A DNA stretch of 64,000 nt from a virus (IMGVR_UViG_3300035497_000258:46347-110346), one strand, 5' to 3'; numbered from the stretch's first letter, positions 1 through 12,333 are shown. Notes: generated by a model from the letters alone, not told the origin. Numbers and translations: made by a program.

Positions 1-197
1 TCAACTAATTTTAGCTATAGCTCCTAAGCCGCTGTTGCAGCTTCTTCTATGTCTTTGGTAAAGGCGTCCCCAAATTTGGCTTTAGAAAAATCATAAGTAG
101 CAATCTTCTCTAAAGAGGTTTGTACTTCTTTTAATTTAGCATTTAGCTAAGCAGTATCTGCACTAAATGCAATTTCATAATTTAATCTTTTAGCCAT
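1..197 (-). CDS. N-terminus of a TAG-recoded protein, probably tail tape measure (runs off window start)
   Basis: ATG at 197 after AGGAG; MAKRLNYEIAFSADTA*LNAKLKEVQTSLEKI is helical; follows the tail tube and chaperone-like genes; in-frame TAGs. Confidence 0.55.
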
Positions 198-231
198 ATT
201 TTCTCCTTTCTCTCCTATATAAAAATAAAAA

Positions 232-262
232 GCCTTTGAGAACTTAATCTCAAAGGCTTTAA
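232..262 (-). terminator. Intrinsic terminator-like hairpin
   Basis: AAGCCTTTGAGA...TCTCAAAGGCTT stem with a T-rich tail on the minus strand. Confidence 0.55.
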
Positions 263-300
263 TTCTCTATTATTATTAAATTTTTTTTTGATATAATGAA

Positions 301-816
301 TTAATCACGACCAGCAATATCTTTAATTGCGGAAAGCTGCTCAAGGCCTTCACCATTCTTGATATTTTCTAAAATAGCCTTGATTTGCTCGCTCATAGAG
401 CCAGTGTCCTCGCTCAGATTACCCATCATTCCCGCAAAAGACTGGTTATAACGTGTAATATCACTAGCTGTAGTATACACGCAGTCCCGCAGAAATGCAA
501 GTTCTTCACCCGGGATACCAATATAAATCTTCTCGATGATATGATTACTAGCTAACTTATCATAAATATCATAAATCTTTAGACTATCATCGATCTCGAT
601 ATCAGTATACCACTTAGCAAGCGCCACGTCAAAGAAAGACTTTAGAACCACAGGACTAAAATTAAATGTATTCTCATCCATAGAGTTTTGAATAACATAG
701 TTAATAAATTCAATCTTACTTTGCAGCGGCACATATCTCTTAATTTCAAAATCACCATAATCCGAGGTCATAGGATTGGTATTATTAGTTACAGGAAGGT
801 CAGAAAGCTTAATCAT
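301..816 (-). CDS. Hypothetical protein, possible tail assembly chaperone
   Basis: 171-aa ORF with AGGAG RBS, directly upstream of the putative tape measure gene. Confidence 0.6.
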   Translation of the reverse strand: MIKLSDLPVTNNTNPMTSDYGDFEIKRYVPLQSKIEFINYVIQNSMDENTFNFSPVVLKSFFDVALAKWYTDIEIDDSLKIYDIYDKLASNHIIEKIYIGIPGEELAFLRDCVYTTASDITRYNQSFAGMMGNLSEDTGSMSEQIKAILENIKNGEGLEQLSAIKDIAGRD

Positions 817-865
817 TTTACATTCTCCTTTTTCTCTTTTGTTTTATTATAACAAATTTTTATAG

Positions 866-2257
866 TTAATTCAAAAAAATATTTATACCATCAGATTTTT
901 TTACAAATTTTTCTAGGTTGTCAATATTTAGTTTTCCATATGATTTAATTGCGTATATAGCTGCTTTAACTTCTCTAATTCTTTTTAGCTTGGCATAATT
1001 ATTATTATCATACCCACCATACCATTTATTCTATACACGCTCTATAACTATAGTAAATCCATCTCTATTACCATACTCTCGTTTTCCGGCACTTTGAACT
1101 TGATTAATCTATTCTACTATAGCACTAATGATGCCTAGCATAGAATAAGCTTTAAAATCATGTATTAAAATTCGCTATACTTCTTGCTAGTTTGTACCAA
1201 CTATATATTTTTCTGCCATTTCATTAATTAAATCTCCACGGATAATTCTATAGTTCTAATCTAATGTAGCATTTGCTCCAGACCCAAAAGCTAAAGTATT
1301 ATAAATCTAATAGTCTACTAAAGCACCATTTCCGTAGAGTGAGTGTAACAATGGCATGACTTGAGAATACTAGCCTGAATATGACACCATCTTTGTAGGA
1401 CCGCTATTACGATAAGCTTTAACAGAAGCATAATTCTATACGTTCATATCTGTCATAAATTCAAGTGTTTTATCATTTAATTTACTATAAGCAGAATAAT
1501 TAAAACCTTCTCCACCAAAAGTAATATCAGCAGCCTTAGAAAATGTATTACCATCATCTACTTGGCTGCCACTTGTGCCAGTTAGTCCTTTTGTTGTAGC
1601 GACAAAATTTCCTATCTAATTTAATGCCATACCCTAAGCAGAACTTGCTACAACTAGAGCTAAAGCCTCAGAAGTAGGAGTTAAAGCATTAGATAGCCAA
1701 CCTACATCATAGCTATCTTTACCCTTTTTCATAGAAGATTTAATTAATGCTAAAAAGTTCTTTAATCTTAGGACCTATTGTACGCTACTTTCTTGAATTT
1801 CATTAGGATTTTCAATCATGCCTAATAAAACAGAAGCAGAACTCTCATTAGCCTAAAATACACTTAATAAATCATTTAAAGCTTCCGCTGCAGCCTGGGT
1901 ATCTGTCCCTTTCAAGGCATCCTCAAGAGAACCTACAGCCGAGTTATAATTACCTATTAAACTACTAGCCTACTCTGCTGCTTCATTATATTTTTTAACT
2001 ACAGCTACTTCTATGGCTTTTTCCATGCGCTCAAACTTCGCCAAATCCATAGCTTGAATATATTCCTATTTAGTGGTTCCTGCGTTCTAACTAGCTAGCT
2101 ACGCCCGCAAAGCCTGAAGATATCTAGTTTTTATTTTCTTAAAAGAACTACCTGCGGACTGGCCGTATGCACGTAGCGTACCACCTTGGTAATTTTCTGC
2201 ATGACCGTGAATATTAATTACTTTTTCCTCGCCATACTAAAATACATATTTAGCCAT
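866..2257 (-). CDS. Hypothetical virion-region protein (~463 aa, many in-frame TAG)
   Basis: ATG 2257 after GGAGG; 1392 nt in frame with TAA at 866; missing from the ORF track because of TAGs. Confidence 0.65.
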
Positions 2258-2277
2258 AATTTCCTCCAAAAACGAAG

Positions 2278-2302
2278 AAAAGGGAGGGTATAAACCCTCC
2301 CT
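2278..2302 (-). terminator. Intrinsic terminator after the tail tube gene
   Basis: AGGGAGGG-loop-CCCTCCCT hairpin followed by a T-run on the minus strand. Confidence 0.7.
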
Positions 2303-2388
2303 TAATTAATCATCTTCATATTCGTCAACATTATCTTGACTATTGATTTCTTCTTCTTTTTGCTCGTCAGAAATCATAGACCGAGCGT

Positions 2389-3608
2389 TTAACCCCCCGA
2401 TGTCTCGGAGTCCGCAGGCTTTTCAACAATGCCCTTCTCGCAATCACGTATTAAATCAACATCAAGTTCATCTTCATCAATCACCTGAATCAGAGCCAAA
2501 ACTTTATTATCGCTAAATTTCGTATAAGCGGGGAAAGCATCAACCACAAAGTTAAAAGTAGAAGGATCACCGCTAGAAGCCATACTAAATGTAAAGTTAG
2601 ACTGGACTTTACCATTAGGAATAATAAACTCAGCAGGCATATCTCTACCATCGCTCTCGCGTCTAAACAAGGTATCGCCTTCAATGTAGAAGTTGCCAGA
2701 GAAACTATCAGCAGTAATTTCCATCTACAGCGCACCACTCTTTTTTGCAACATAATAATCAACTAAAATAATCTTATTAGCTTTAATCTTAGAACAAGTA
2801 ATTGTAGTATTACCATTACTATAAGTTACTGCTGTAGGTACACAAGGTTCATCAGTAATATAACCATTATCATCAAGAACCATAATATACATATCCGCAT
2901 TTTCATTATAATTATCACCAGCAGTTAAATTATTACAAGCGGTAATATGTTCAAGAGTAATAGTACCATCAACACTTGCTTTAATTTGAGAAGTAGAATG
3001 AACATAAACGGGAGCCTCATCTTTAGCAGAAATTAGTCTTGCACCAGATAAAATGGAAAATCCTTCAGGAGTTAGTAAAGCATCTTCCATATTAAAAGTA
3101 AGAGTTTTCTCGCCGTCCCAAGCAATTAAGCGCGTGTTACCTCGACCCATTATTATTCCAATAAGCTCGCTACAGCTTATTGCGTTCTCTTATGAACTGC
3201 TATATCTTTATATATACATATAGATTAGACTATATCTTTTTCTCTTATAGAGAAATCTTCCATTTCGACCGCCAATCACTTGCGGCCTACGTCTTTCGAC
3301 TAGTCGTTGAACCTTACTTGAATTCTATATCTTTAGTAAGATATTCAAGCCTTGGCTGCTGATTGCCTAGTGAGGATTTTTACTAGGTTTTCCAGCAATT
3401 AGAAAGATTTGCTAATTCTTATCACTAAGAATAGGGGCAATCATTTACCCTGGGCATAAACTGTGGTAACAGCACCTTCTAAGCTAGAAGTTTTTAAAGA
3501 ATCAAAATAAATAACAGGCTCATTCTTTAAGAATTCTCTTGAACCAAGTCTCATTCTGCTACGCGCACGGAAAACAACATTGCAAATCTCGCGCGATCCA
3601 AACCGCAT
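2389..3608 (-). CDS. Major tail (tube) protein; exons 3608-3447 and 3147-2389; one in-frame TAG at 2727-2725
   Basis: Splicing gives ...TTVYAQG|GRGNTRLIAWDGEKTLTF...; ...KKSGAL*MEITADSFSGNFY... is continuous in frame; position in the morphogenesis operon. Confidence 0.75.
3148..3446 (-). ncRNA. Group I intron, ORF-less, 299 nt, in the tail tube gene
   Basis: 5' exon ends in U (CAGGGU) and can pair with intron GCCCC; intron ends in G; core strings AATTGCTGGAAA, AATCAGCAGCCAAG, GTTCAACGACTA, AAGATATAGTCT; removal restores the frame. Confidence 0.88.
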
Positions 3609-3622
3609 AATTAATTTCCTCC

Positions 3623-4360
3623 TTAATGAATATTTTTCATCCAATTTTCTACTTGTTCTTCAGGTTTGCCACCCGCAAGTCGTGACTTCAAATCTACGTC
3701 CCAGCTTACTTGTAGCATATATCTATCAACCAGATCAAACAACTAAAAAACCGTTAAATTTAAACAATCCTATAGTGTCATAGAATTTAATCCTACTACC
3801 AAAATAGAAATGTATCTCGTTAAAACACTGCCCTAATCAGCAGATTTTATTTGTGCTATTTTGCGGCGAGAAGCTTCTAATTTATCAGCTATCTTCTTAG
3901 CTGCCGCATTAGCCGGATTATATACTATATCGTTATCTCCCTTAAATATCTACTTTGTACAAGAAACCTAATTTAATACATTCTAAAAAACTGAAAAGTT
4001 TGATTCATCTATTATGCTAGATTCTTTTTCTTTATTCATTAAAATAATGCTATTTGGAGTGACTAAAGTTTTACGATCCGGAAACAATAGCTACAAAGCA
4101 GTCAGAATAATTTGCTTTTTATCTTTAAACTCTGGCTGCATTAGTATTTTCATTAATACCTAAAAATTCGTAACAGTCTCTAAAAGAGACTCGTCCTAAA
4201 TGAACTAACGTTTCTCTAAACATAAATACTATATAGCCTAAAAATAATCCTCCTCACCCATGAAGGCTATATCCTATAGAGTGGGAGGATGTAGTGTAAG
4301 CTATAATTCTGGAATAGGAATGTCAATTCCAGCCATTAAAGATAAAGTTAAATCTTTCAT
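3623..4360 (-). CDS. Hypothetical tail-region protein (~245 aa, TAG-rich)
   Basis: ATG 4360 overlaps the upstream TGA; MKDLTLSLMAGIDIPIPEL*LTLHPPTL*DIAFMGEE...ENWMKNIH-TAA; 738 nt. Confidence 0.75.
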
Positions 4361-4893
4361 TCAAGAGGATTAACTTCATCTTCATGTCCTCTAACTGCTA
4401 AATATCTTAATGTGATTCCGCCAAATTCATCATCATAAACATCCTAATCAGCACCCATAAAATTTAATACTCCAATACCGGTTAAATGCTAACTATCTAA
4501 CATAGAATCAATTTCACCAGCTATTCGGTACGGCCGCAGTTCATAATCTCCTAAATCCCAATTAGCGAAATGACATATAATCTTAATTTCAACTACATGG
4601 TCTCGGTAGTAAGGATTTGAGGCATTAGGGGTAAAACTATCATAAGTAATACGTATATAATTCAATTTATCTGAATTTACTACTATCTTAGGAATATTAG
4701 AAATATTTTTCTACTCAAATAATGATTTAATTTGTTCAGAAGTAAGATTTGGTTTTTTCTGCCAATCTTTTACATTATAATAAAGCAATTTAAGAACATC
4801 TTGATTACCGAGTATTTTATCCATGATAAGAGAAGTGTCCTTCGACATTCCTAAAAAACTGGACTTAGGATACTCGTAAAAATTCCTTTTCAT
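4357..4893 (-). CDS. Putative tail terminator/neck protein (178 aa, TAG-recoded)
   Basis: Track ORF 4711-4893 continues through TAGs (...ELRPYRIAGEIDSML...) to TGA at 4357. Confidence 0.7.
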
Positions 4894-4914
4894 TTCTCCT
4901 GTTTCTCCTATCTA

Positions 4915-5886
4915 TTAAAACAAAGATTCAACTACGATTACTTTCTCTCGTAATATATCATCTTTGGACCATTGTAAAGTAAACTATCCACTTACAGACT
5001 TTAACCAAGTTAAAGAAATAGTTTTATCATCAACTGGTATAATTTCTACTGGAGCTTTTTCTTTAACACACCAAACACCACCTTCATCCGAGCTATATTG
5101 TTCTGCGATTTTGGGTTTGATGAATGTTAAACCTTCAATTCCACTATTAGGCATAGAATCAACAGGTTCAATAATAAGACCATTCTTCATTTCATTTGTT
5201 TTATCATCTGTATCTCTATCTATATAGTACTCTTCTGCGTTAATTTCAATTATATTTTTCATACTAATTGAATCAACCGCTTGTACCTACCAACATTTTC
5301 CAGCAAACAGAAATTCAGAATAACGGTCAAAAGCCTAGATAGTTTTATCATTCTACGGGAGTAAAATATTCAAACTCCAGTTAGGTCTATCAACTCGTAT
5401 TTGATTCTTCTGGATAGATTCAATCTACGTTTCAACAGGACCTCTTATAGCTGCCCAAGTAGAATACCAGTTACCAGAAGCATCTTTAAATTTTAATTTA
5501 TATTTGCATTGTCTAATTTCCCCTCTGAAATAAGCATCCTCAGTCAACTACTAAAGATAAATAATCCAGAAGGTCTAAGTACCAACCCAACAAAATACAT
5601 CACCGAGTTGATAATTATATTTATAATCAATAGAGAGAATCTTATCATCATAATCTTGTTTAACTTTATCAGGATTAATCAAAGCTCTATAGACTTCGTT
5701 AATTTGCATATCCTAATCAAGAGAAGAATCATCTTCGCTTAAGCACTCGCTATAAGGTTGTACTAAAGTGACATCACAACCTTGATAAGAATATAACAAA
5801 CTCTTTAGAAAAGTATTATACTTATCTTGAATCATGCGGGCTTCCTGCTAAATGCCGCCTTGATACTCGAGGCGTTTCCGCATCAT
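4915..5886 (-). CDS. Putative head-closure/neck protein (~323 aa, TAG-recoded)
   Basis: Open frame from ATG 5886 (or GTG 5904) to TAA 4915 when TAG is sense; includes track ORF 4984-5262. Confidence 0.7.
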
Positions 5887-5893
5887 ATCATAA

Positions 5894-6205
5894 TTAGTAG
5901 TCACTACTTTTCACCGCCTTCGCCATAATATCTATACAGCGAAAAACTGTTTTGCGATAAATCATGAAATCATCGCAAATCTCGCTTTTTAATCCCTCTA
6001 GCTTAGATAGCAAAATCAAAAAATCTAGCTCACTAGAAAATACTTCCTGGAGTCCCGCAATTTCTTCAATAATAGTATTGAGATGATTCTCCCAATTTTC
6101 ACTATTTTCTCGCATTGGAATTAGCTTCCAAATCTAATTAATAAGCCTGCGGGAATCGACAGAAACGGTACTGTCATTAATCTCAAAGTTATACTTAGTT
6201 ATCAT
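5894..6205 (-). CDS. Hypothetical virion-region protein (103 aa, 1 TAG)
   Basis: MITKYNFEINDSTVSVDSRRLIN*IWKLIPMRENSENW extends track ORF 5894-6115. Confidence 0.7.
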
Positions 6206-6698
6206 CTAAAGCACTCGTTTCTATTAAAGTAGACCAATTAGACTTTACTGATCCATTAGAATCAATATATTTGCGACGTTTGTATAAACGCTGCATATGT
6301 CTATCTTGTCGTTCAGCCTCTTGTTTAAGTTTCATAAGCTTGTCCAGATGATTCGCCTAGCTCGTCATCTTATAGTCCGCTCCCGAGTATTTCATCCGCA
6401 CGTTTTCTATAGATGCTATCTATCTTTGTAACCAGGTATTATACATAAGATGAGCGAGGATATTAACTTCCTCGCTCGTTAAATGACAATTAAATTCTAA
6501 ATTCTCTGTATTGTAATCATATAATGGGAATCGAGGAAATTCAAAGCCAGGAATGGCGTCAAGTAGAATATTAAGAAGATCCTTCTCAGTATCTTCTTTA
6601 GTCCAAATGAAATACATATCATCTGTTATTTTACCAAAGAACCGGTCATAAATTTCCTAGAAAGAGGTATTGGTTCCAGTAATTGGATATTCTGCCAT
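6195..6698 (-). CDS. Putative head-tail adaptor (167 aa, TAG-recoded)
   Basis: GAGGTG RBS and ATG 6698; frame open through TAGs to TAA 6195; located just after the capsid genes. Confidence 0.7.
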
Positions 6699-6712
6699 TT
6701 TTTGGCACCTCC

Positions 6713-7264
6713 TCATTCTCCGTCTTTAGGAATCACCAAAGCTTCCTTTTTAGCATAACTAGGCGTAGCGACACGTCTCTTAGAAGTTTCGACTTCTTCA
6801 ACCTTATCTTCTTTTGATGCCTCATTCAAAGCAATAGCAGAAGTAACATTAAATCCAAGAAAATCTAAAACTGCCTGCCGTTTATTCACATCATTCAAAG
6901 GAACTGAAACTGAATACTTCTTAATTAAATCTTTAACTCCAACAGGAGCGAACTGTAAAGCATCCTTAAACTCATCTAAAGAACATTCATTAATCCAGGT
7001 AGGAATAATATCTTCGGTAAGCCAATATTCAGGCTCTTCTGTCAGATTAAGCCCTTCATGGATAGCTTCCTTGTTCTGAATCAAAAGGAAGTTATACAGC
7101 AGTTCTCTTCCGCCAGGTTGTGCGGCGACCGCAGTTATCTCACCGTATTCGACCTACTTGGTCTCCTTCGGATAGAATTCTCTGCGGATTCCCCGTTCAG
7201 GAATGATATAAACCACTGAACCTTCGCTACGATTAGTTATCTTAATCATATCTGTACTCTTCAT
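6713..7264 (-). CDS. Hypothetical protein after the capsid gene (183 aa, 1 TAG)
   Basis: AGGAG RBS and ATG 7264; MKSTDMIKITNRSEGSVVY...KETK*VEYGE joins track ORF 6713-7084. Confidence 0.75.
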
Positions 7265-7284
7265 TTTTTATCTCCTTTTACTCA

Positions 7285-7320
7285 GCGGTTAGGAGGGGAT
7301 TAACCCCTCCTACCTTTTTA
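7285..7320. terminator. Hairpin after the major capsid gene
   Basis: TAGGAGGGG...CCCCTCCTA inverted repeat. Confidence 0.55.
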
Positions 7321-7323
7321 TAA

Positions 7324-8355
7324 TCAAGCTCCGATAGTATCCAGCTTACCAGCCAGAGTAGTATCCACGTAGGAGCAAATATTGTTAGTCAGCATCACAC
7401 CAACGCCCACCTTACGATAGACCTGGATATCACGAGACCAATCCTCATTCTCGCGCTCGCGCACATTGGTATTACCCTCAAAGGCAATCTTCACGGGCTT
7501 CATATTAGCGCCAGCGGGAATAACCCAAGCATAACCGGGGTCAATAACTTTACGGCTGTTGGTTTCATCCTCATAAGACTGGGGCAGAACGATAACCTGA
7601 CAACCCTTATAATTGCCCAGATAACCCTGATTCCAACGGGTATCACGCATATTATCAGAAACCCAGCCGGTCTCAGGCACCATCTTCACTGCAAATTCAT
7701 AAGTGCAGTAAATAGTAGGCTGACCATAGGCAGAAGCAACCTGAATCAGACGGTCCATAGAAGCCTCATCAAAACGGTTGGTAGAAACTTTATTAGCTGC
7801 AGGGAGCTGGTTAATAGAACTCATAAGAGCACGGGCAATCTCACGATAGATTAAATCATCCATGCCTTCCATGATAATATTTGTGACTTCTGCGAAATCG
7901 GCACGACCATCGAGAAATTCCTCAAAACCAATTTGAGCAGCGCCGCCAATAGCATTGGTCTGCACTTCAAAGCTCTCCCCGCCCAGCTTAAAGACTTCAT
8001 ACACGCCAGCCAGACCAACATGGGTCACGAACTGCTTAGCACGCATATGGCCCATACGGCGAGTAAACACAGGACGATCGCCCTGAGCAAAAGTCTTAGT
8101 CTCAGCGAACTGACCATAACGCTCAAGAACACGAGTAGGAAGAATATCATTCATAGTCTCCTCAATCAGAGAGAAAATAGTATTCTTATTCTCACGGTAC
8201 AGAGCATTAGTACCAGCGAGCTCATTCAGCTCATTCCGCAAAGTCTCATTTAGTGCCCCGTAGGTCATAGAAACACCATTCACGCTATAAGTGCCGGAGG
8301 GATTAGCCTTCGCCACAGTTTTCATTAAAGATAAAAGGTCATTATACTGTAACAT
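7324..8355 (-). CDS. Major capsid protein
   Basis: 343 aa; follows protease/scaffold and decoration genes; biased codon use typical of high expression; no in-frame TAG. Confidence 0.8.
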   Translation of the reverse strand: MLQYNDLLSLMKTVAKANPSGTYSVNGVSMTYGALNETLRNELNELAGTNALYRENKNTIFSLIEETMNDILPTRVLERYGQFAETKTFAQGDRPVFTRRMGHMRAKQFVTHVGLAGVYEVFKLGGESFEVQTNAIGGAAQIGFEEFLDGRADFAEVTNIIMEGMDDLIYREIARALMSSINQLPAANKVSTNRFDEASMDRLIQVASAYGQPTIYCTYEFAVKMVPETGWVSDNMRDTRWNQGYLGNYKGCQVIVLPQSYEDETNSRKVIDPGYAWVIPAGANMKPVKIAFEGNTNVRERENEDWSRDIQVYRKVGVGVMLTNNICSYVDTTLAGKLDTIGA

Positions 8356-8372
8356 TATCTATCTCTCCTTTC

Positions 8373-9023
8373 TCAAGCAATGCGCTGAAGCTTAACGGCG
8401 GGCTGGTTATCAGCCAGAGTATAAACCTTAACAACCTGGAAGGTAGGACCTTCCTCGTCACCAGACTTACAAAGGAAGCCATCAGAACCGACAGTCAGCT
8501 TATCACCTTTATCCAGAGAAGCCTCATTCACGCCATTGGTAGTAAAAATATCACCCACATTGGTCTTAATAACACGGGGGAACATCTTCTGACCATCGTC
8601 AAGATACTGAGGATAATCATAAGCAGGAATCTGAATAGTAGCACCTTCATCAGAATTCTCTCTGACAGCCTCCTCACTGTGGTCAAGCACGGTCAGAAGA
8701 TCAGAGCTACTCTAACCAACAGGGCTATAAACACGAGCATTGTAATTCTGCTTAATCATAGCAAAATCCTCGTACTGCTGACGATCCTCATAAAGCTTAA
8801 CCTCATTAAAGACCATCATCCACTCGCCATCACCAGTGAAATTAACCTCGCCATTAGCATAATCATACTTCACAAACTGGCCATTCTCTAAAATATTAAT
8901 ATCAGCGGCAGCAGGTAACTGGGCATAGATTTGACCAGTGCGCTGTGCAGACAGGTGGTTAGGCTCAACTTGAGAATAACCACGCTTAACAAAGCTAGCG
9001 CCGCTTAAACGTGTAATTGCCAT
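8373..9023 (-). CDS. Putative head decoration protein (216 aa, 1 TAG)
   Basis: Track ORFs 8712-9023 and 8373-8690 share a frame and are joined by VYSPVG*SSSDLLTVLDHSE. Confidence 0.75.
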
Positions 9024-9043
9024 TATTACATTTCCTCCTTATT

Positions 9044-10354
9044 TTAATTCATTTTTGATTCAGTATCTTTAACAGCCTGAATCCAAGCAGGGATAACAGA
9101 ATCCTGCTCAACTTCTGATAAACTAAATGTCACACCAGGCTTTTCCTCTTCTTCTTGAGAGAAATTAACTCTATTGCGTACGCAAGCAATAGATAGTTTA
9201 GCCTCAATGTCATCTAAAGAATAATTATCAATATTAGCTTGAACATCTGCTTTATCTTCATCAGAAAGCATATAGAAGCTATTAATCATATTCTGCTTAT
9301 CTTCATGCTCTTTAGCAAGTTTAAACTCCTTGAGAGGAGAAATCTCAGCTTGAAGTGCGGAAACGGTAGCTTCGAGCTGCGCGTATTCTGAAGTTAAAGC
9401 GTCGAACTTTTCCTTCAGCTCCGCATACTCAGTAACTTCGTCAAGATTATACTTCTTTTCGTCCTTACATTCATGCTTAGTTTCATTCTTCTTCTCTTTC
9501 TCATCCTCCGCAGGTTCAGACTTAGGGTCCTCTTCCTTCTCTTCGGGCTCAGAGTTCTTCTTATCTTCAGGCTTCTTATCATCTTCGGCCTTAGCATAAG
9601 AATCTGTATCAATCGTATTGACTAAAGACTCACTCGACTCAACAACATTAATAGCTGCTGTTGTATTAATTTGTTCCATCTTGTATTCTGTACCTCCTTT
9701 ACTTAAAGCTTCTTGTAATTCTTGTACCATCGAGTACATTTCAGCTTTAAAATCTTGTAGAGAAAATTCAGATTTAATCTACGCACCTTCGAAACAAGGT
9801 TCGACATTCTCTCCAAGAATACATAGTTTTTCAATCAATGCTTCACTATAAATAAAAAATCTACTACCTAAATTTATATTTTCTGCCCAAGTTCCTTTTT
9901 GAGTTTTACTATTAATTTCCATAGACTGATTATTACCTTGCTCTATAATTCGCTTAGAGTCAGGATAAGCCTCAGTCCATAAATAGCCTTCTGTCACTAG
10001 ATATTCTCTTTCAATACCTTCATCAGAAAATTTCTGAAACCAAACTTGAGCATTAGTAGGAACAAATCCATAGGGACGTGTAACATCAATGATAGACCAC
10101 TTACCGTCCTTGATCTCCACTTCCCGCTCATGGGCTTCAAAATCCTTAGTATCTTGATTATAATAACCAACGATCGGACTTCCCGGCAGATTTCTTCCCA
10201 TTTCAGTAGCAACTTCTTTTGTTATAACTGTATGGTTCCTATTAGGTTGTTGACCAACATAACAGACTTTAATCTAACAATGACTAATTAAAGGACTAAT
10301 CTTTGTCATTTCAATAAATTCCATTGTTGAATCAACAGGAATACTAATATGCAA
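9044..10354 (-). CDS. Prohead protease/scaffold fusion (436 aa, TAG-recoded)
   Basis: TTG 10354 after GGAGG; N-terminal domain ...QSME...LCILGENVEPCFEGA*IKSEF... then an acidic coiled-coil tail; lies between portal and capsid. Confidence 0.75.
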
Positions 10355-10373
10355 CGTCAATCCCTCCTTTCAA

Positions 10374-11960
10374 TTAGCTCATTGCTTCACGATTCTGCAA
10401 TGTTTTATCAGACTTCTCGTCGTCAGCTTTCTCCGGCCGCCCCACTTCATTCTCACTACTATTGTTTTTAGAGGTTGAAGAAGAATGTGCTGCTTGCTAC
10501 TATTGCTGTAACACATTACTATTCATAGTATTACTAGACATAGGCGGCAGCATGATTTCAGACAGATGGAGAATTTCATTCTCAAAATGAGCAGTAGCGA
10601 TAATACTAGATTGAGAGTGACCTAAAGCTATCTGCGGCAACATCTTAGAATAACCAATCTAGGTTTGCTCTTTATACATTTTAGCTATATCTTTATAATT
10701 ATAAATCGTAGTTTCAAGAATCTCGATTCTAAAATTATATTGAGTTTTATCAAAACGCTTAATAATTGTATTTAAAAGCATCTCAAATTGATATACTAAA
10801 TCTCGCATAGTAGCTTCATCGTTTAAGATAGATTTTTCAAGAGCTGTATTACCTTCGGTATTAAACAAATTCTGTGAAACACCTAAATTATTATACACTG
10901 TTCTTTCTACTCTTTGCAAATCATCGCTGGTTGCAGTCGAGTTATCATCCTGCATATCAGCTACTTCTGTATCAGCAAAAGTAGTAAGAACATCAACACC
11001 TACTGCTCTCTTCAACATAGTAACTGCATTATTGTGCAGATCTCGAGCTTCATCGAGGTCAAAGACCAAGTCTCCATTTTTGTCAATCGGCAGCTTTTGG
11101 ATAACTATTTTCAAGAGCTACTGCATGGTCTTTTTACGGTCGAGTTCTTGTGCTTCGTCTAAGTCAATGATAGAAGGAATAGCTTGAATGAGAGGCGGAA
11201 AATCACTATCATTCAAGTTAAATTTAACTCCAACACCAGGATCAAGCATAAACCAGCCATAATCATCACCGACATCTTGCTTTAGTTTTCCCTCTTTAAA
11301 CTTTATATAAGCTTTTTGTAATTCTTTGGGGAAAAGAGACAAGACTTTTAGACGATACTAAACATTAGAGAAACAGGAGTCAAAGAATTGGAGATTAACC
11401 TCTACGATATCCTATCCATTTTTCTTAAATCTACTTCTACAATAACGTGCGGGAAGCTGCTAAACCTAGAAGCTACTGCCCTCGTCAACTAGATATCCGT
11501 AATAAACACCATCTTTTACTACTGCTAAAGCTATATCGCCAAGAACCTTCTTGACGTTAGAATCATCAAAGTAAAATAAAACTTTAGTATAATCTTTAAG
11601 TAATTTACTATCATTAGCTTTATCTTTTGCAAATGGCGTTACGTGCCAATCGTATCTATAAAGAAAAGCAAGATATTTACAAATTCGTTGATATATTCCG
11701 CTAGATTCATAATAGTAATTTGATATTTCTCTTAGAGTATTAATATCTTTGCGCTTGATAGTATTAAGGATAAAATTTTTATCACCATACTAGCGGTGTG
11801 CTTTCTTGAAGCTTCCAATATTTACAACCGCGTCTTCAAGCTTCTTCACACCTATACGAACCGCATTATTCTCGGTAGGCACTTCATCTTCTAAAGAATA
11901 TTGTACTCTACCAAACATATCAAATCCTTTATCATGGATCTCTTCTTGTCTACTTGCCAA
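10374..11960 (-). CDS. Portal protein (528 aa, TAG-recoded)
   Basis: TTG 11960 after GGAGGTG; 1587-nt frame joins track ORFs 11118-11342 and 10659-11114 via KKTMQ*LLKIVIQKLP; size and synteny. Confidence 0.75.
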
Positions 11961-11972
11961 TATCTCACCTCC

Positions 11973-12333
11973 TTAATATCCAGCTTTTTTGAATATATAA
12001 TCGTAGTTTACTCGTTCTTCTTCCCAATAAGGAATTTCAATTAGTTTTATATTATGTTCAGCGCAATAAAGGCGTTTCTTTTCATCATTATACTTTTGTT
12101 GATATAAACCTTTAGTGCCGCCAAATTTACTAACTGCTTGATAATGTTGTTTACCTTGATATTCAATTAGAAAATCAATACGTCCATCATCATCGAAAAT
12201 GGCGAAGTCAAAGCTATCGAAGAGGATTACCATTAGTACTCAATAAATCAGGAAATTCATATTCTTCTTGAAAGTTAATTTCATTAGCTTCTAAAATACG
12301 ATAGATTCTAATTTCACCTCTGCTAGCCCTCAA
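11973..12333 (-). CDS. PD-(D/E)XK-type endonuclease-like protein with an internal +1 frame break near 12210
   Basis: MRASRGEIRIYRILEANEINFQEEYEFPDL..NPLR in frame 0, then FDFAIFDDDGRIDFLIEYQGKQHY in the +1 frame. Confidence 0.6.
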
